From NCBI GenBank assembly GCA_965222215.1, contig OZ244931.1:1716546-1780545 (forward strand): a stretch of 64,000 bases of DNA, written 5' to 3'. The notes under the pieces were generated by a model, which made no database searches, was not told the DNA's origin, and was given only the letters and a program-made list of their open reading frames with translations. Source of the DNA: Alphaproteobacteria bacterium (GTDB lineage: Bacteria; Pseudomonadota; Alphaproteobacteria; UBA6615). The translations under genes were made by a program, and so were the position numbers. This document shows, one piece after another, positions 17,902 through 26,765 of the stretch (positions within the stretch are counted from its first letter, which is position 1; each line of letters opens with the position of its first letter).

Positions 17902-18951
17902 ATGCCGGACCCCGCACATATCGCCGCTGTGGCCACGGCCGTGCCTCCCTTCATCCTCGATCAGCGGGAAGTCGTGGAACGCTCACGCGAGATCTTTGCG
18001 CCCGCCGTTCCGGGGTTCGACAGGTATACGGACGCGTATCGAAATGCCGCCGTCGAAACCCGGCATTCCTGCATGCCGATCGAGTGGTATTCGCAGCCGC
18101 ATCCGTTTTCCGAGAGAAACGATCTTTTCATCGAACACGCCGTTTCGCTCCTCACGGAGGTATCCGAGAAGTTGTTCGAGGATGCGGGTGTCGGGGCACA
18201 GGACGTCGATGCCCTTGTGGTCGCGTCGACCACGGGGGTGGCGACGCCGAGCCTGGATGCGTTGCTGATCGAACGCCTGCCGTTTCGCCGCGATGTGCAA
18301 CGCCTGCCGATCTTCGGACTTGGATGCGGCGGCGGCGTATCGGGCATGGCGCGTGCCGCGCAAATTGCGATGAGCCGTCCCGATGCATGCGTCCTGTTTC
18401 TCGTGGTTGAACTTTGCGGGCTTACGTTCCGGGTCAATGACGTCTCGAAGAGCAACATCATCGCCACCGCACTGTTCGGGGACGGGGCTGCGGGCGCATT
18501 GCTTGGATGTGGGCTCGAAGGGCCCGCCGTTAAGGGCTGGGGAGAGCATACGTGGAACGACTCACTGGATGTGATGGGCTGGGAGATCGGTGACGACGGC
18601 CTGGGCGTGCTCTTCTCGCGGGACATTCCGCACCTCGTCAGGACCAAGCTCGGCGAGCCAGCGATGAAATTTCTCGCGGGCCAGGGCCTGTCGCGGGAGG
18701 ATATCGTCAGGCATGCGTGCCATCCGGGCGGCGCCAAGGTTCTCGATGCGCTCGAAGAGATTTACGGCCTCGACCCCGGCGAGCTGGCGACAGCGCGCGA
18801 TGTCCTGCGGCGCTACGGCAACATGTCGGCCGCGACGGCCATGTTCGTTCTCGCAGAGACAATGCGCGAGCCCGACCCGGGTCCCTGGTTGATGTCGGCG
18901 CTCGGCCCGGGGTTTACCGCGACCTTCGCACTGCTGGAGTCCGCGGCATGA
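17902..18951 (+). CDS. Type III polyketide synthase (chalcone/stilbene synthase family; SrsA/BpsA/ArsB-like)
   Basis: Catalytic triad contexts GLGCGGG (Cys), HPGG (His), GNMSAAT (Asn); 349 aa. Confidence 0.85.
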   Translation: MPDPAHIAAVATAVPPFILDQREVVERSREIFAPAVPGFDRYTDAYRNAAVETRHSCMPIEWYSQPHPFSERNDLFIEHAVSLLTEVSEKLFEDAGVGAQDVDALVVASTTGVATPSLDALLIERLPFRRDVQRLPIFGLGCGGGVSGMARAAQIAMSRPDACVLFLVVELCGLTFRVNDVSKSNIIATALFGDGAAGALLGCGLEGPAVKGWGEHTWNDSLDVMGWEIGDDGLGVLFSRDIPHLVRTKLGEPAMKFLAGQGLSREDIVRHACHPGGAKVLDALEEIYGLDPGELATARDVLRRYGNMSAATAMFVLAETMREPDPGPWLMSALGPGFTATFALLESAA

Positions 18952-19451
18952 ACATCAGCCCCTGGTATCTTCTGATCGGCTTTATCGTCCTGCAGAGACT
19001 GATCGAGCTGATGGTCTCGCGCATCAACACGCGCCGCCTGCTACAGGAAGGCGCGATCGAGCACGGGGCGCGGCACTATCCGGTGATCGTCGTCCTGCAC
19101 ATGGCCTGGATTGCGAGCCTGGTTGTGTTCGTGCCCGCGGACACGCCTGTCAGCGTGTTTTTGCTGGTTGTGTTCATCGCGCTGCAACTGGCCCGAATTT
19201 GGGTGCTCGCGTCGCTCGGCCGCTACTGGACCACCAGAATTATTTCCCATCCCGACGATCCGATCGTTCGTCGCGGTCCGTTCCGTTGGGTCCGCCATCC
19301 GAATTACCTGATTGTCGAAGCGGAAATTATCGTCGTTCCGCTGATCGCCGGCGCATGGGAACTGGCGGCGATATTCGGGGGTGCGAATGCGCTGGTTCTG
19401 GCATGGCGTATCTGGGTCGAGGAAAAGGCCCTTGCGCCGCGGCGCGGCTAG
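18948..19451 (+). CDS. ICMT-family (isoprenylcysteine carboxyl methyltransferase-like) membrane methyltransferase, SrsB/BpsB-like
   Basis: ATGA overlap with PKS stop; C-terminal RHPNYL...EE motif typical of ICMT/PEMT family; 4-5 TM helices. Confidence 0.75.
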   Translation: MNISPWYLLIGFIVLQRLIELMVSRINTRRLLQEGAIEHGARHYPVIVVLHMAWIASLVVFVPADTPVSVFLLVVFIALQLARIWVLASLGRYWTTRIISHPDDPIVRRGPFRWVRHPNYLIVEAEIIVVPLIAGAWELAAIFGGANALVLAWRIWVEEKALAPRRG

Positions 19452-20476
19452 ACAAACGGATCCGGCCGTACCCTGATCAGCTGACGGCCCATATTGCGGC
19501 CTTCATACAGTCCGGTCAGCGCCGCCGGTGCGTTCTCCAGACCGTCCACGATATCCTCCCGGTACCTGATTTTGCCGTCCGAGACCCATTTCGACAGGTC
19601 GGCATGGGCTTCGGCAAACCGGGGCGCGTAGTCGAACAACAGGAATCCCTGCATCTTGATCCGGTTGACCAGGAGGTTGCGCTCAGGGCGCAGGCCGGTC
19701 GGCTGCGGGATCCAGGAGTCGGTTGCCGCGGTGCCGCAGATGGCGACGCGGCCGTGCAGGTTCACCTGCCCGAGGACCATGTCGAGAATGTCGCCACCGA
19801 CATTGTCGTAGTAGACGTCGACGCCGTCCGGGCAGGCGTCGCGGATCGCCGCATCGAGGTCGTCGCTCGCCTTGTAGTCGATCGCGGCATCGAAGCCGAA
19901 CTCATCCGTGCAGATCGCCGTCTTTTCGGGACCGCCGGCGATCCCGACGGTCCGGCAACCCTTGATTTTCGCGATCTGGCCGACGGCGCTGCCGACCGCA
20001 CCCGCTGCCGTCGATACCAGAACCGTTTCGCCCTCCTTGGGCTGGCCGATATCAAGCAGCCCGAAATACGCTGTGAATCCGTTCACGCCGAGTACGCCGA
20101 GCGCTGTCGAAATTGGCGCGGCGGCGGGATCGACCTTGCGAAATGTGGGTTGATCCGGATCCGCGACGGCGTATGCGGCCCATCCGGTATTCGCCGCCAC
20201 GACATCGCCTTCCGCAACATCCGCGTGGTTGGATTCGACGACGACGCCGACGCTGAACGAGCGCATGGTCGCGCCTGTTTCCACGCTGGCGTAGTTTCGC
20301 GCTGTGCCGATCCAGCCCTTCATCCCGGGGTCGGCCGAGACATAGACGTTGTTGATGAGCACCTCACCGTCGCCGGGTGACGGCGCGTCGTCTTCGACGA
20401 CGTCGAAGAGGTCCGGTGAGGGAAGGCCGGTGGCGCGTTCTTTCAGAACGACGCGTGTGTTTTTGTGCTGAGGCAT
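19448..20476 (-). CDS. NADP-dependent oxidoreductase, MDR family (CurA/YncB, leukotriene B4 12-hydroxydehydrogenase-like enone reductase)
   Basis: AAGAVGSAVGQIAKIKG Rossmann motif; start placed at ATG 20476 with GGAG RBS (MPQHKNTRVV). Confidence 0.75.
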   Translation of the reverse strand: MPQHKNTRVVLKERATGLPSPDLFDVVEDDAPSPGDGEVLINNVYVSADPGMKGWIGTARNYASVETGATMRSFSVGVVVESNHADVAEGDVVAANTGWAAYAVADPDQPTFRKVDPAAAPISTALGVLGVNGFTAYFGLLDIGQPKEGETVLVSTAAGAVGSAVGQIAKIKGCRTVGIAGGPEKTAICTDEFGFDAAIDYKASDDLDAAIRDACPDGVDVYYDNVGGDILDMVLGQVNLHGRVAICGTAATDSWIPQPTGLRPERNLLVNRIKMQGFLLFDYAPRFAEAHADLSKWVSDGKIRYREDIVDGLENAPAALTGLYEGRNMGRQLIRVRPDPFV

Positions 20477-20605
20477 TGGAATCTCCGACCGCGAATCTGT
20501 GAGGCGCCGCATTCGCGCCATGATGAGAGACGAGTATATTGGTGTGCGCCATGCGACGGGGCAACCGCCCGGGCGGCACGGCAGGTGTCAGGGAGTGCGT
20601 GTCGA

Positions 20606-21106
20606 ATGAAGTCTTCCATGCCGGGACCGCTTGCGCGGCGCGCGACCGGAATCGACCGTTCCCTGGGACTGGTTTTGCTGGCCTCGTTTGCGGGCCTGGT
20701 TGCGGGCCTGTTGCTGCCCGCCATCACGATCCGTTCGATGTTTATCGGGCGCGATTTCTCGCTGCTGGAAAGCGTTTTTTCGTTTCTCCAGTCCGGCGAC
20801 TGGTTTCTTTTCGTCCTGACGTTTCTGTTTTCGGTTCTGTTTCCCGTGGTCAAGGTGCTGACCGGGCTCGCGCTGTGGTTCGTCGTCGACGCGACGGGGA
20901 CTTTCGCCCGTCCGGTACTCGGCTGGCTCGCCGCGATGTCCAAATGGTCGATGCTGGATGTGTTCATCATCGCGCTCGTCGTACTCGTGGCGGACGGGCG
21001 GCTGCTGTCCAGCGCGGATATTCAGATCGGCGCCATCGTGTTTTCCGTGGCGGTTCTGGTATCGACTTGGGCGACGCGCCGTCTGAGCGCGCTTGCGGGA
21101 AACTAG
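20606..21106 (+). CDS. PqiA-like (paraquat-inducible protein A family) single-domain membrane protein
   Basis: 4 TM helices with PqiA-like GRDFSLLESVFSF...W pattern; only about 166 aa (half a canonical PqiA) and no PqiB/MCE partner nearby. Confidence 0.5.
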   Translation: MKSSMPGPLARRATGIDRSLGLVLLASFAGLVAGLLLPAITIRSMFIGRDFSLLESVFSFLQSGDWFLFVLTFLFSVLFPVVKVLTGLALWFVVDATGTFARPVLGWLAAMSKWSMLDVFIIALVVLVADGRLLSSADIQIGAIVFSVAVLVSTWATRRLSALAGN

Positions 21107-21570
21107 CGCGCCGGCGGCGGGCCGCCCGCGGCGGGTACGCCACTCGACTGGCGCGGCGCCACAGTGACGGAAACCGTGCTTCCGCCAAGCGTGCGGTCCT
21201 CGATTTGCACCGTTGCGGCACGCTCGCCGCGCGTGAACGACAGCACGCTGACATCGGCCTGCACGCTCATGATGGGTTCCCAGCCGAAATTCGCCATCTC
21301 GCTCTGATAAAGCGCGAATGTTTTCGTCGCCGATTGCCCGACATCGAGAATGACCCGGCCGGTCCAGCGGTCGAGATCGCCGAGGATCAGCGAGCGTTCC
21401 ACATCGAGCGTGGCGTTTTGCGGGATCGGGATGTCGGTGAGGAGGGCAAAGCTTTTTTGCACGCCGCCCGTTGCCGCGGACGACGTGGGCTGGAGCTTGG
21501 TCCCCTGGCTGCACCCCGCCAGAGCGATGGCGGCGGCGGCGGCGAATCCGAGTATCGAGCGTGATCCCAT
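21103..21570 (-). CDS. Hypothetical lipoprotein
   Basis: Signal peptide plus lipobox IALAGC; start at internal ATG 21570. Confidence 0.55.
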   Translation of the reverse strand: MGSRSILGFAAAAAIALAGCSQGTKLQPTSSAATGGVQKSFALLTDIPIPQNATLDVERSLILGDLDRWTGRVILDVGQSATKTFALYQSEMANFGWEPIMSVQADVSVLSFTRGERAATVQIEDRTLGGSTVSVTVAPRQSSGVPAAGGPPPAR

Positions 21571-21694
21571 ACATCCGCGTATCAAGCGGTATTGAGTCGC
21601 GGCAATTTCGCGATGACGAGGCATCGGAGACCACATGACACTGTCGGCCGGGATGTCCTAGACTTTCGTGTCAGGAACCGGATGAGGGGACCCC

Positions 21695-22102
21695 ATGCGA
21701 TATCAAGATCCCAAGGCGCTGCCGCGATACCGGGCGCCCGGGCCGGAGCGGCTGGCGCGGCTTTCGGAATTCCTGGACTCTGTCCCCAACGGGAAGCTGA
21801 CATTCACGCGCTGGTACGGGCACGGGAAGGGATGTGCCGTGGGTCTCGCCGCGCATGAATGCGTTTGGATGCAGGCACAAGGCCTTCGGCTGGAGACCGG
21901 ACCGGGGAGCCGGATGAGCCATCCGGCGTATGCGGGTTTGACGGACTGGCCGGCGGTGGCGGCTTTCTTCGATATCTCGCTGGAGACCGCCCTCGATCTG
22001 TTTTCGGTGCGCGGCTACGGCGGCGATCTTCGCCCCGAACCGCGCGAGATTGCGGGACGTATTCGCGCGCGTCTCGCCTCCGGCCAAACCGTCGCGGTCT
22101 AG
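21695..22102 (+). CDS. Hypothetical protein (135 aa), no recognisable domain
   Basis: ORF with GAGGGG RBS 6 nt upstream of ATG; coding-like GC3. Confidence 0.45.
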   Translation: MRYQDPKALPRYRAPGPERLARLSEFLDSVPNGKLTFTRWYGHGKGCAVGLAAHECVWMQAQGLRLETGPGSRMSHPAYAGLTDWPAVAAFFDISLETALDLFSVRGYGGDLRPEPREIAGRIRARLASGQTVAV

Positions 22103-22111
22103 TCCGGAGAT

Positions 22112-22453
22112 CTATTCCGCGAACGTATCGTAGGCCGCGAGCGCGTCCGCGCCATACACCGTTGCCGGACCGCCGCCCATTTCGATGGCGACCGCGATGG
22201 CGTCGGCAACCTCCTCGCGCGTGGCGCCGTGCCCGGCCGCCTGCTTGGCGTGATACACGACGCATCCCTCGCAGCGCTGCACGACCGCAATGGCCAATGC
22301 CATCAGTTCCGTTATCTTGATGTCCAGCGCCTGGGGCGACTGGGCGGCCTGGGTGACCGCACGATGGCCCCGCATCGAATCCGGGGCGGCGCGGAAGAGT
22401 TCGGCCGCCCGTTTGTCTTGCGCGTCCGAGATCGCCTGATAGTCCTTGGCCAT
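22112..22453 (-). CDS. Carboxymuconolactone decarboxylase (AhpD-like) family protein
   Basis: CMD-family core with CEGC-containing helix (VVQRCEGCVVYHAKQA); start at ATG 22453 with GAGGAAACGGAC RBS; upstream part of track ORF is non-coding-like. Confidence 0.7.
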   Translation of the reverse strand: MAKDYQAISDAQDKRAAELFRAAPDSMRGHRAVTQAAQSPQALDIKITELMALAIAVVQRCEGCVVYHAKQAAGHGATREEVADAIAVAIEMGGGPATVYGADALAAYDTFAE

Positions 22454-22504
22454 GTCCGTTTCCTCGTCGGTTGTTCGGACGGCCATTTTGTGGCCTAGCT
22501 CTGT

Positions 22505-23428
22505 TTGAGGGAACCGGCCGCCATGACTTCCGAAAACTCGCGTCCCGCCGATGCGCCGTATCGCGGCATTCTGATGATGTGCCTCGCGGTCGCGTTCTTT
22601 GCCAGCATGAATGCGTTCGTCAAGGAACTGCGCGTTCAGGAGATGCCGGTCGTCGAGATCATCTGGGGGCGCTACTTCTTCCATACGATCCTGGTTCTGT
22701 TGGTGTTTCCCAGACGTATTCCCACCCTTCTATCCGGGTCGGACAAGCCGCTGCAGATTGTCCGCTCGATACTTGTGCTGCTTGCAACCGGATGCATGTT
22801 CACCGCCGTCGGGTTCATGCCGCTGGCCGACGCCATCGCGATCACGTTTATCTCACCACTGCTGATCACGGCGTTGTCGGTGCCGTTCCTGGGCGAACGG
22901 GTCGGGGTGCGCCGATGGATTGCGGTCGCGGTCGGCTTCGCGGGGATGCTGATCATTCTCCGGCCGGGCGGCGGGCTGTTCCAGCCCGTTGCGCTACTGC
23001 CCATCGGGGTGACGGTTTTCTATGCGGCGTATCAGATCATCACCCGGCTGATCAGCCATCGCACCGATCCGATCAACTCCGTGTTCTATACAGCGATCGT
23101 CGGCGGGGTCGTGATGTCCGCGATCGTGCCGTTCTTCTGGCAGACACCGACACCGGCGCAGTGGGGGATGCTCCTGGCGGCGGGCGTGCTGGGCGGCCTC
23201 GGACACTGGGCGATTATCATCGCCTATCAGCGTGCGGAGGCGCCACTGGTTGCACCGTTCGCCTACACCGAGCTGGTCTGGGCGACGCTGCTGGGCCTGG
23301 CCGTCTTCGGCGATTTTCCGGACACATGGACGTTTGCCGGGGCGGCCGTGATCGCGGCGAGCGGGATCTATATTGTCCGGCGCGAGCAAGCCCGGCGCGA
23401 ACCGTCGCGGCGCGTTTCAGGCCGCTAG
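22505..23428 (+). CDS. EamA/DMT-family transporter
   Basis: 10 predicted TM, duplicated EamA domains; start may be ATG 22523. Confidence 0.75.
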   Translation: MREPAAMTSENSRPADAPYRGILMMCLAVAFFASMNAFVKELRVQEMPVVEIIWGRYFFHTILVLLVFPRRIPTLLSGSDKPLQIVRSILVLLATGCMFTAVGFMPLADAIAITFISPLLITALSVPFLGERVGVRRWIAVAVGFAGMLIILRPGGGLFQPVALLPIGVTVFYAAYQIITRLISHRTDPINSVFYTAIVGGVVMSAIVPFFWQTPTPAQWGMLLAAGVLGGLGHWAIIIAYQRAEAPLVAPFAYTELVWATLLGLAVFGDFPDTWTFAGAAVIAASGIYIVRREQARREPSRRVSGR

Positions 23429-23919
23429 CCGCGCGGAAAGTGCTCGACGAAGACCAGCAGTTTGTCGGGATTCTCGCCGTCGGTTGCGAGCGGGAGGACA
23501 ATGTCTTCCGCCCGGACGTACTGCGAGTGCGGACCGACGTAAGGGGTCTGGCTGCGCACAGCGTTCCCCGAACTCGCCACTTCGACACAGTTGTTGAAGA
23601 TGCGGCTCGGCGGCGCCATGTGGCCGATTTCACTGAACCACGTCCCGGTCCAGTCCCTTTCCAGGTGATAGACCACGTTGGTGCCGATCAGGCGGAAGCG
23701 AAAATTCCACGGGTCGCGCGCGACATCCAGAAGGATGATCTGCGGGAGCAGGTCGGGGATATCCAGCGGTTCGATATCCTGCCGGCTGGGCAGGCGCCCG
23801 TCTCGAATTTTCGATTGCCAGTATTCGAGGCCCAGGTCGAGCACACGTCCGCGCACGCGGGCGGATACGTCCGAGCGCAGTGAACTGCGCGAGCGCATTG
23901 CCCCGGGCGATTCAGACAT
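23425..23919 (-). CDS. Small PAS-domain protein (alphaproteobacterial PAS_5-like)
   Basis: About 160 aa; pattern WQSK...RLPSRQDIEP...LLDV typical of single-PAS proteins; assignment by recollection only. Confidence 0.5.
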   Translation of the reverse strand: MSESPGAMRSRSSLRSDVSARVRGRVLDLGLEYWQSKIRDGRLPSRQDIEPLDIPDLLPQIILLDVARDPWNFRFRLIGTNVVYHLERDWTGTWFSEIGHMAPPSRIFNNCVEVASSGNAVRSQTPYVGPHSQYVRAEDIVLPLATDGENPDKLLVFVEHFPRG

Positions 23920-24070
23920 GTGGTTTCCCCCGAAATGAGGTTCCGCCTGTGTCCGACGAGAACCAACTGCACGCTACCGTACCACACGGGCCACGAACGG
24001 ATATTGCTTTTTGTGCATACATGCCGTGCCGCGGGAAGGGCCGGTGCCCCAGGCATTGGAGGCATGCAAA

Positions 24071-24100
24071 AGGGGCCGGCACATGCGTGCGGGCCCCTTT
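24071..24100 (-). terminator. Intrinsic terminator downstream of tRNA-Asn (GGGGCCCGCACGCATGTGCCGGCCCC hairpin flanked by T/A runs)
   Basis: Stem aaaaggggccggc / gcgggcccctttt seen directly. Confidence 0.6.
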
Positions 24101-24109
24101 TGGAAATTC

Positions 24110-24185
24110 TGGCTCCGGCGGCAGGACTCGAACCTGCGACCCAGCGATTAACAGTCGCTTGCTCTACCAACTGAGCTACGCCGGA
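24110..24185 (-). tRNA. tRNA-Asn (anticodon GTT)
   Basis: Cloverleaf folded by hand: acceptor tccggcg/cgccgga, D-arm gctc..gagc, anticodon loop ctGTTaa, T-arm gcagg ttcgagt cctgc, encoded CCA. Confidence 0.9.
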
Positions 24186-24199
24186 TTGGTAAGCGCGCG

Positions 24200-24227
24200 G
24201 TTATATCAAAGACCGGCGAATTCGCAA
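24200..24227 (-). promoter_or_regulatory. Candidate sigma-70 promoter for tRNA-Asn (-35 TTGCGA, 16-nt spacer, -10 TATAAC)
   Basis: Read on minus strand: TTGCGAattcgccggtctttgaTATAAC, about 14 nt upstream of tRNA 5' end. Confidence 0.5.
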
Positions 24228-24246
24228 CAGGGGGAATGCAATACCT

Positions 24247-25032
24247 TCAGCCCCCATATCCATGAACCCGGTCCGCGATGGCGGCCGAACCGGCGATTAG
24301 CACGCTCATATCCTGCCCCGCGAGTACGAAACGCACGCCCATGCCGATGTATTTTTCCTGCAGCTCCGGCACGGGGACCCCGCCCATGCCCATCCACTTG
24401 TCGTGCTTTCGGCAGGCCGCCGCGACCGTCTCGTAGTTCGCGGCGATGCGTGCATCGCCGACCTCGCCGGGAATTCCGGATGCCGCCGCGAGGTCATTGG
24501 TGCCGATCATGACGACGTCGACGCCATCGACCGCGGCGATTTCATCGGCCCGCGAGATCGCGCCCGGTGTTTCCAGCATCACGACGACCAGCATGGCGTC
24601 GTTCATGGCGCGCGCGACGTCCCCGATCGGCGCGGTGCCGAAGCCCACCTGCGGCAACCCGCCGACGACGCTTCGGCGTCCCTCCGGCGGATAGTGAAGC
24701 CGGTCCACGATCTCGCGCGCTTCGTCCGCGCTCTCGCAGGACGGCATCACGATCCCGAGCGCACCGCCGTCGAGCGCGCGCGTGGCCATCGCGATTTCCC
24801 CTTTCGGCACGCGGACGAGCGGGGCAATGCCGGCGCTGAGCGCGGCCACGGAAATCTGCGCGGTCTGGTCGAGGGTGAGCGGCCCGTGTTCGAGGTCGAT
24901 GAATAACCAGTCCATCCCGGCCGTGTGCATCATTGAGGCGATGTCCGCCGTGCGGGCGAGCCTGATCCCCATGCCGACGGAAATTTCGCCGGCTTCGAGG
25001 CGCTGTCGTGCGCGGTTGGTGATGGTGACCAT
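24247..25032 (-). CDS. HpcH/HpaI aldolase family protein (2-keto-3-deoxy-acid aldolase / citrate-lyase beta-like)
   Basis: TIM-barrel aldolase motifs (IDLEHGP, ETPGAI, MIGTNDL). Confidence 0.8.
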   Translation of the reverse strand: MVTITNRARQRLEAGEISVGMGIRLARTADIASMMHTAGMDWLFIDLEHGPLTLDQTAQISVAALSAGIAPLVRVPKGEIAMATRALDGGALGIVMPSCESADEAREIVDRLHYPPEGRRSVVGGLPQVGFGTAPIGDVARAMNDAMLVVVMLETPGAISRADEIAAVDGVDVVMIGTNDLAAASGIPGEVGDARIAANYETVAAACRKHDKWMGMGGVPVPELQEKYIGMGVRFVLAGQDMSVLIAGSAAIADRVHGYGG

Positions 25033-25056
25033 GATGTTTTCCCTCTGGCTCTGTTC

Positions 25057-25926
25057 TCAGCCGGCCTGAAGCGCGTCGGCGCCGCGTTTATAATTCATGA
25101 TCCACTGACCCGGATTGCGGTTGACCAGCGGGCGCGCATACAGCGGATGCTTGAGGCTTCGAACCTCGTGTTCCAGTTCGAAAAGGAGTTCGCCCGACTT
25201 TGGGTCCACGATGTTCTGGAACCTGTACTGGTGTGTGCCGTCTTCGGCGGTAATCAAATCCCGCTGTTGCAGCTTCCCGTGGGGGCCGGTGAAGTCCGAG
25301 ATATAGATCTGGATGTGATGCCCGTCGAATTCGGGCGTCATGTGCTTGCGTTCTCGGAAATAGAGGTGCTGTCCAGGGCCCGTCGTAACCTGCGCCGCTG
25401 GGGCGCCGTCGAACGTCGTCAGGTGCGCGGACGCTCCCAGAATCTCCGCATAAAATTCGCAGATGCCCATGGCGGCACCCGGCTGCACGTCGAGCGCGAC
25501 ATAGGGCATGCCGACGGTCATCGGCGCGAAGCGGGGGCCCGGGGGGTGGCAGCGGATGCGGTTGCCCCAGGGGCAGGTCACGTCGATCCACGAGGCCCGT
25601 TGGGTGAAGTCGAACTGCGTGTCTTCCAGCAGCGGCCGGGCCGCATCGAGACGGGCCGGCAGATCGTCGTACCACGGCAAAACGAGACCGGTGTAACCCC
25701 GCAGCACATGGGTGCCGCGCGTGGGCAGATGAAACTGATGGTCGCCGACGTTGACCCACATGTTGTCGACGCCGGTCATCATATAGGGGTCACGCGTCAG
25801 GCCGAGCGCCGAGATGTAGAACGATGTCGCGAGAAGCTGATCGGGCACGCAGACGTTCACATGCTCCAGGTGCACGATGTTGCCGATATCCTCGCCGGAA
25901 CGGTCGAGTTTCGTTTTCGATCCCAT
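25057..25926 (-). CDS. Two-domain VOC-superfamily (glyoxalase / extradiol dioxygenase / HPPD-like) protein
   Basis: Two bab-bb modules each with FY..LG signature (IVHLEHVNVCVPDQLLATSFYISALGL; YVALDVQPGAAMGICEFYAEILGA) plus His/His/Glu candidate metal ligands; start at ATG 25926. Confidence 0.55.
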   Translation of the reverse strand: MGSKTKLDRSGEDIGNIVHLEHVNVCVPDQLLATSFYISALGLTRDPYMMTGVDNMWVNVGDHQFHLPTRGTHVLRGYTGLVLPWYDDLPARLDAARPLLEDTQFDFTQRASWIDVTCPWGNRIRCHPPGPRFAPMTVGMPYVALDVQPGAAMGICEFYAEILGASAHLTTFDGAPAAQVTTGPGQHLYFRERKHMTPEFDGHHIQIYISDFTGPHGKLQQRDLITAEDGTHQYRFQNIVDPKSGELLFELEHEVRSLKHPLYARPLVNRNPGQWIMNYKRGADALQAG

Positions 25927-25946
25927 GACGTGACCCCGAGCCCGGC

Positions 25947-26639
25947 TCAGTCGTCGAAAATAGCGACAGCGCGGATCGGGCTTGCCGTGCCGCCCTTGAT
26001 TTTCAGCGGGAAGCCGGCGAACCGGAACCGGCCCTTGCCGACAAGCCGGTCGAGGTTCATCAGGCATTCGATATGCGTGATGCCGCGTTCGGCACAGGCG
26101 AGGTGCGCGAGATAGTTGGGCTCGCCCTCGGGCGCGGGGCTGACGGCTTCGACGCCAAACATCCCGATGCCCTTGTCCGCCAGCCAGTGAACGGCGGGGA
26201 CGGACAAGCCCGGAAACTCGTGAACATAGTCCGGGCTTCCGTAGAGCCGGTTGTGGATTCCCATGTGGATCATCACCGTGTCGCCCGGCTTGATCTCCTC
26301 GCCGGACGCATCCAGAGCGGCCTCCATTTCCTCGACGGTGGCTTCATGCCGGTTCGGCAGTTCCCCGAAGTCGAGGCAGATGGCTTCGGTATAGAAATTC
26401 TCCAGTGGTACTTCGTCGATCGACGGCGCGTCGGGGCGGGGATCGAAATGCACCGGCGCATCGACATGCGTGCACGAATGGTCGCTGAGCGAGATCGAAA
26501 GAGATTTCGACGTGAACTCCGTATCGCCGGCGCGCTTGATCTCGGAATGGTCGTTCCAGACCGTGACCACGACAGGCGGGTGCGAAGGGTGCGCGGGCGC
26601 CCGGTGATGAATTTCGCGGCTGAGATCGATAATTTCCAT
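25947..26639 (-). CDS. Cyclase-family protein (kynurenine formamidase-like, PF04199)
   Basis: HxGTHxDxPxH motif (DHSCTHVDAPVHF); start at ATG 26639 with GGGAGG RBS. Confidence 0.75.
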   Translation of the reverse strand: MEIIDLSREIHHRAPAHPSHPPVVVTVWNDHSEIKRAGDTEFTSKSLSISLSDHSCTHVDAPVHFDPRPDAPSIDEVPLENFYTEAICLDFGELPNRHEATVEEMEAALDASGEEIKPGDTVMIHMGIHNRLYGSPDYVHEFPGLSVPAVHWLADKGIGMFGVEAVSPAPEGEPNYLAHLACAERGITHIECLMNLDRLVGKGRFRFAGFPLKIKGGTASPIRAVAIFDD

Positions 26640-26765
26640 AATTGCCCGTCCTCCCGGCAAACGATGACCCATGTCTGCCGCATTTCTATCACGAAACGGC
26701 GAGGGGCTCTTCAAGCCGTGCGCGCGCGCGCGGCCGTCGGCAGGGTCGGGATTTTGAAGCGAGTT

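Noticed and set aside
19199-20380. 393-aa plus-strand ORF antisense to the CurA-like reductase
   Set aside because: Antisense artefact. The sense strand has a Rossmann motif and a GGAG RBS.
20588-21634. 348-aa minus-strand ORF and 341-aa plus-strand ORF (20539..21564) overlapping the PqiA-like and lipoprotein genes
   Set aside because: Low-complexity Arg/Pro-rich translations, with no start context. The supported genes explain the region.
22471-23883. 470-aa plus-strand ORF overlapping the EamA transporter in another frame and running antisense into the PAS gene
   Set aside because: Frame-shifted overlap with a clear 10-TM EamA protein. Composition artefact.
23688-24170. 160-aa minus-strand ORF covering the tRNA-Asn gene and its terminator
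   Set aside because: The reading frame runs through a tRNA (translation contains the VAGSSPAAGA stretch derived from the tRNA sequence). Not a protein gene.
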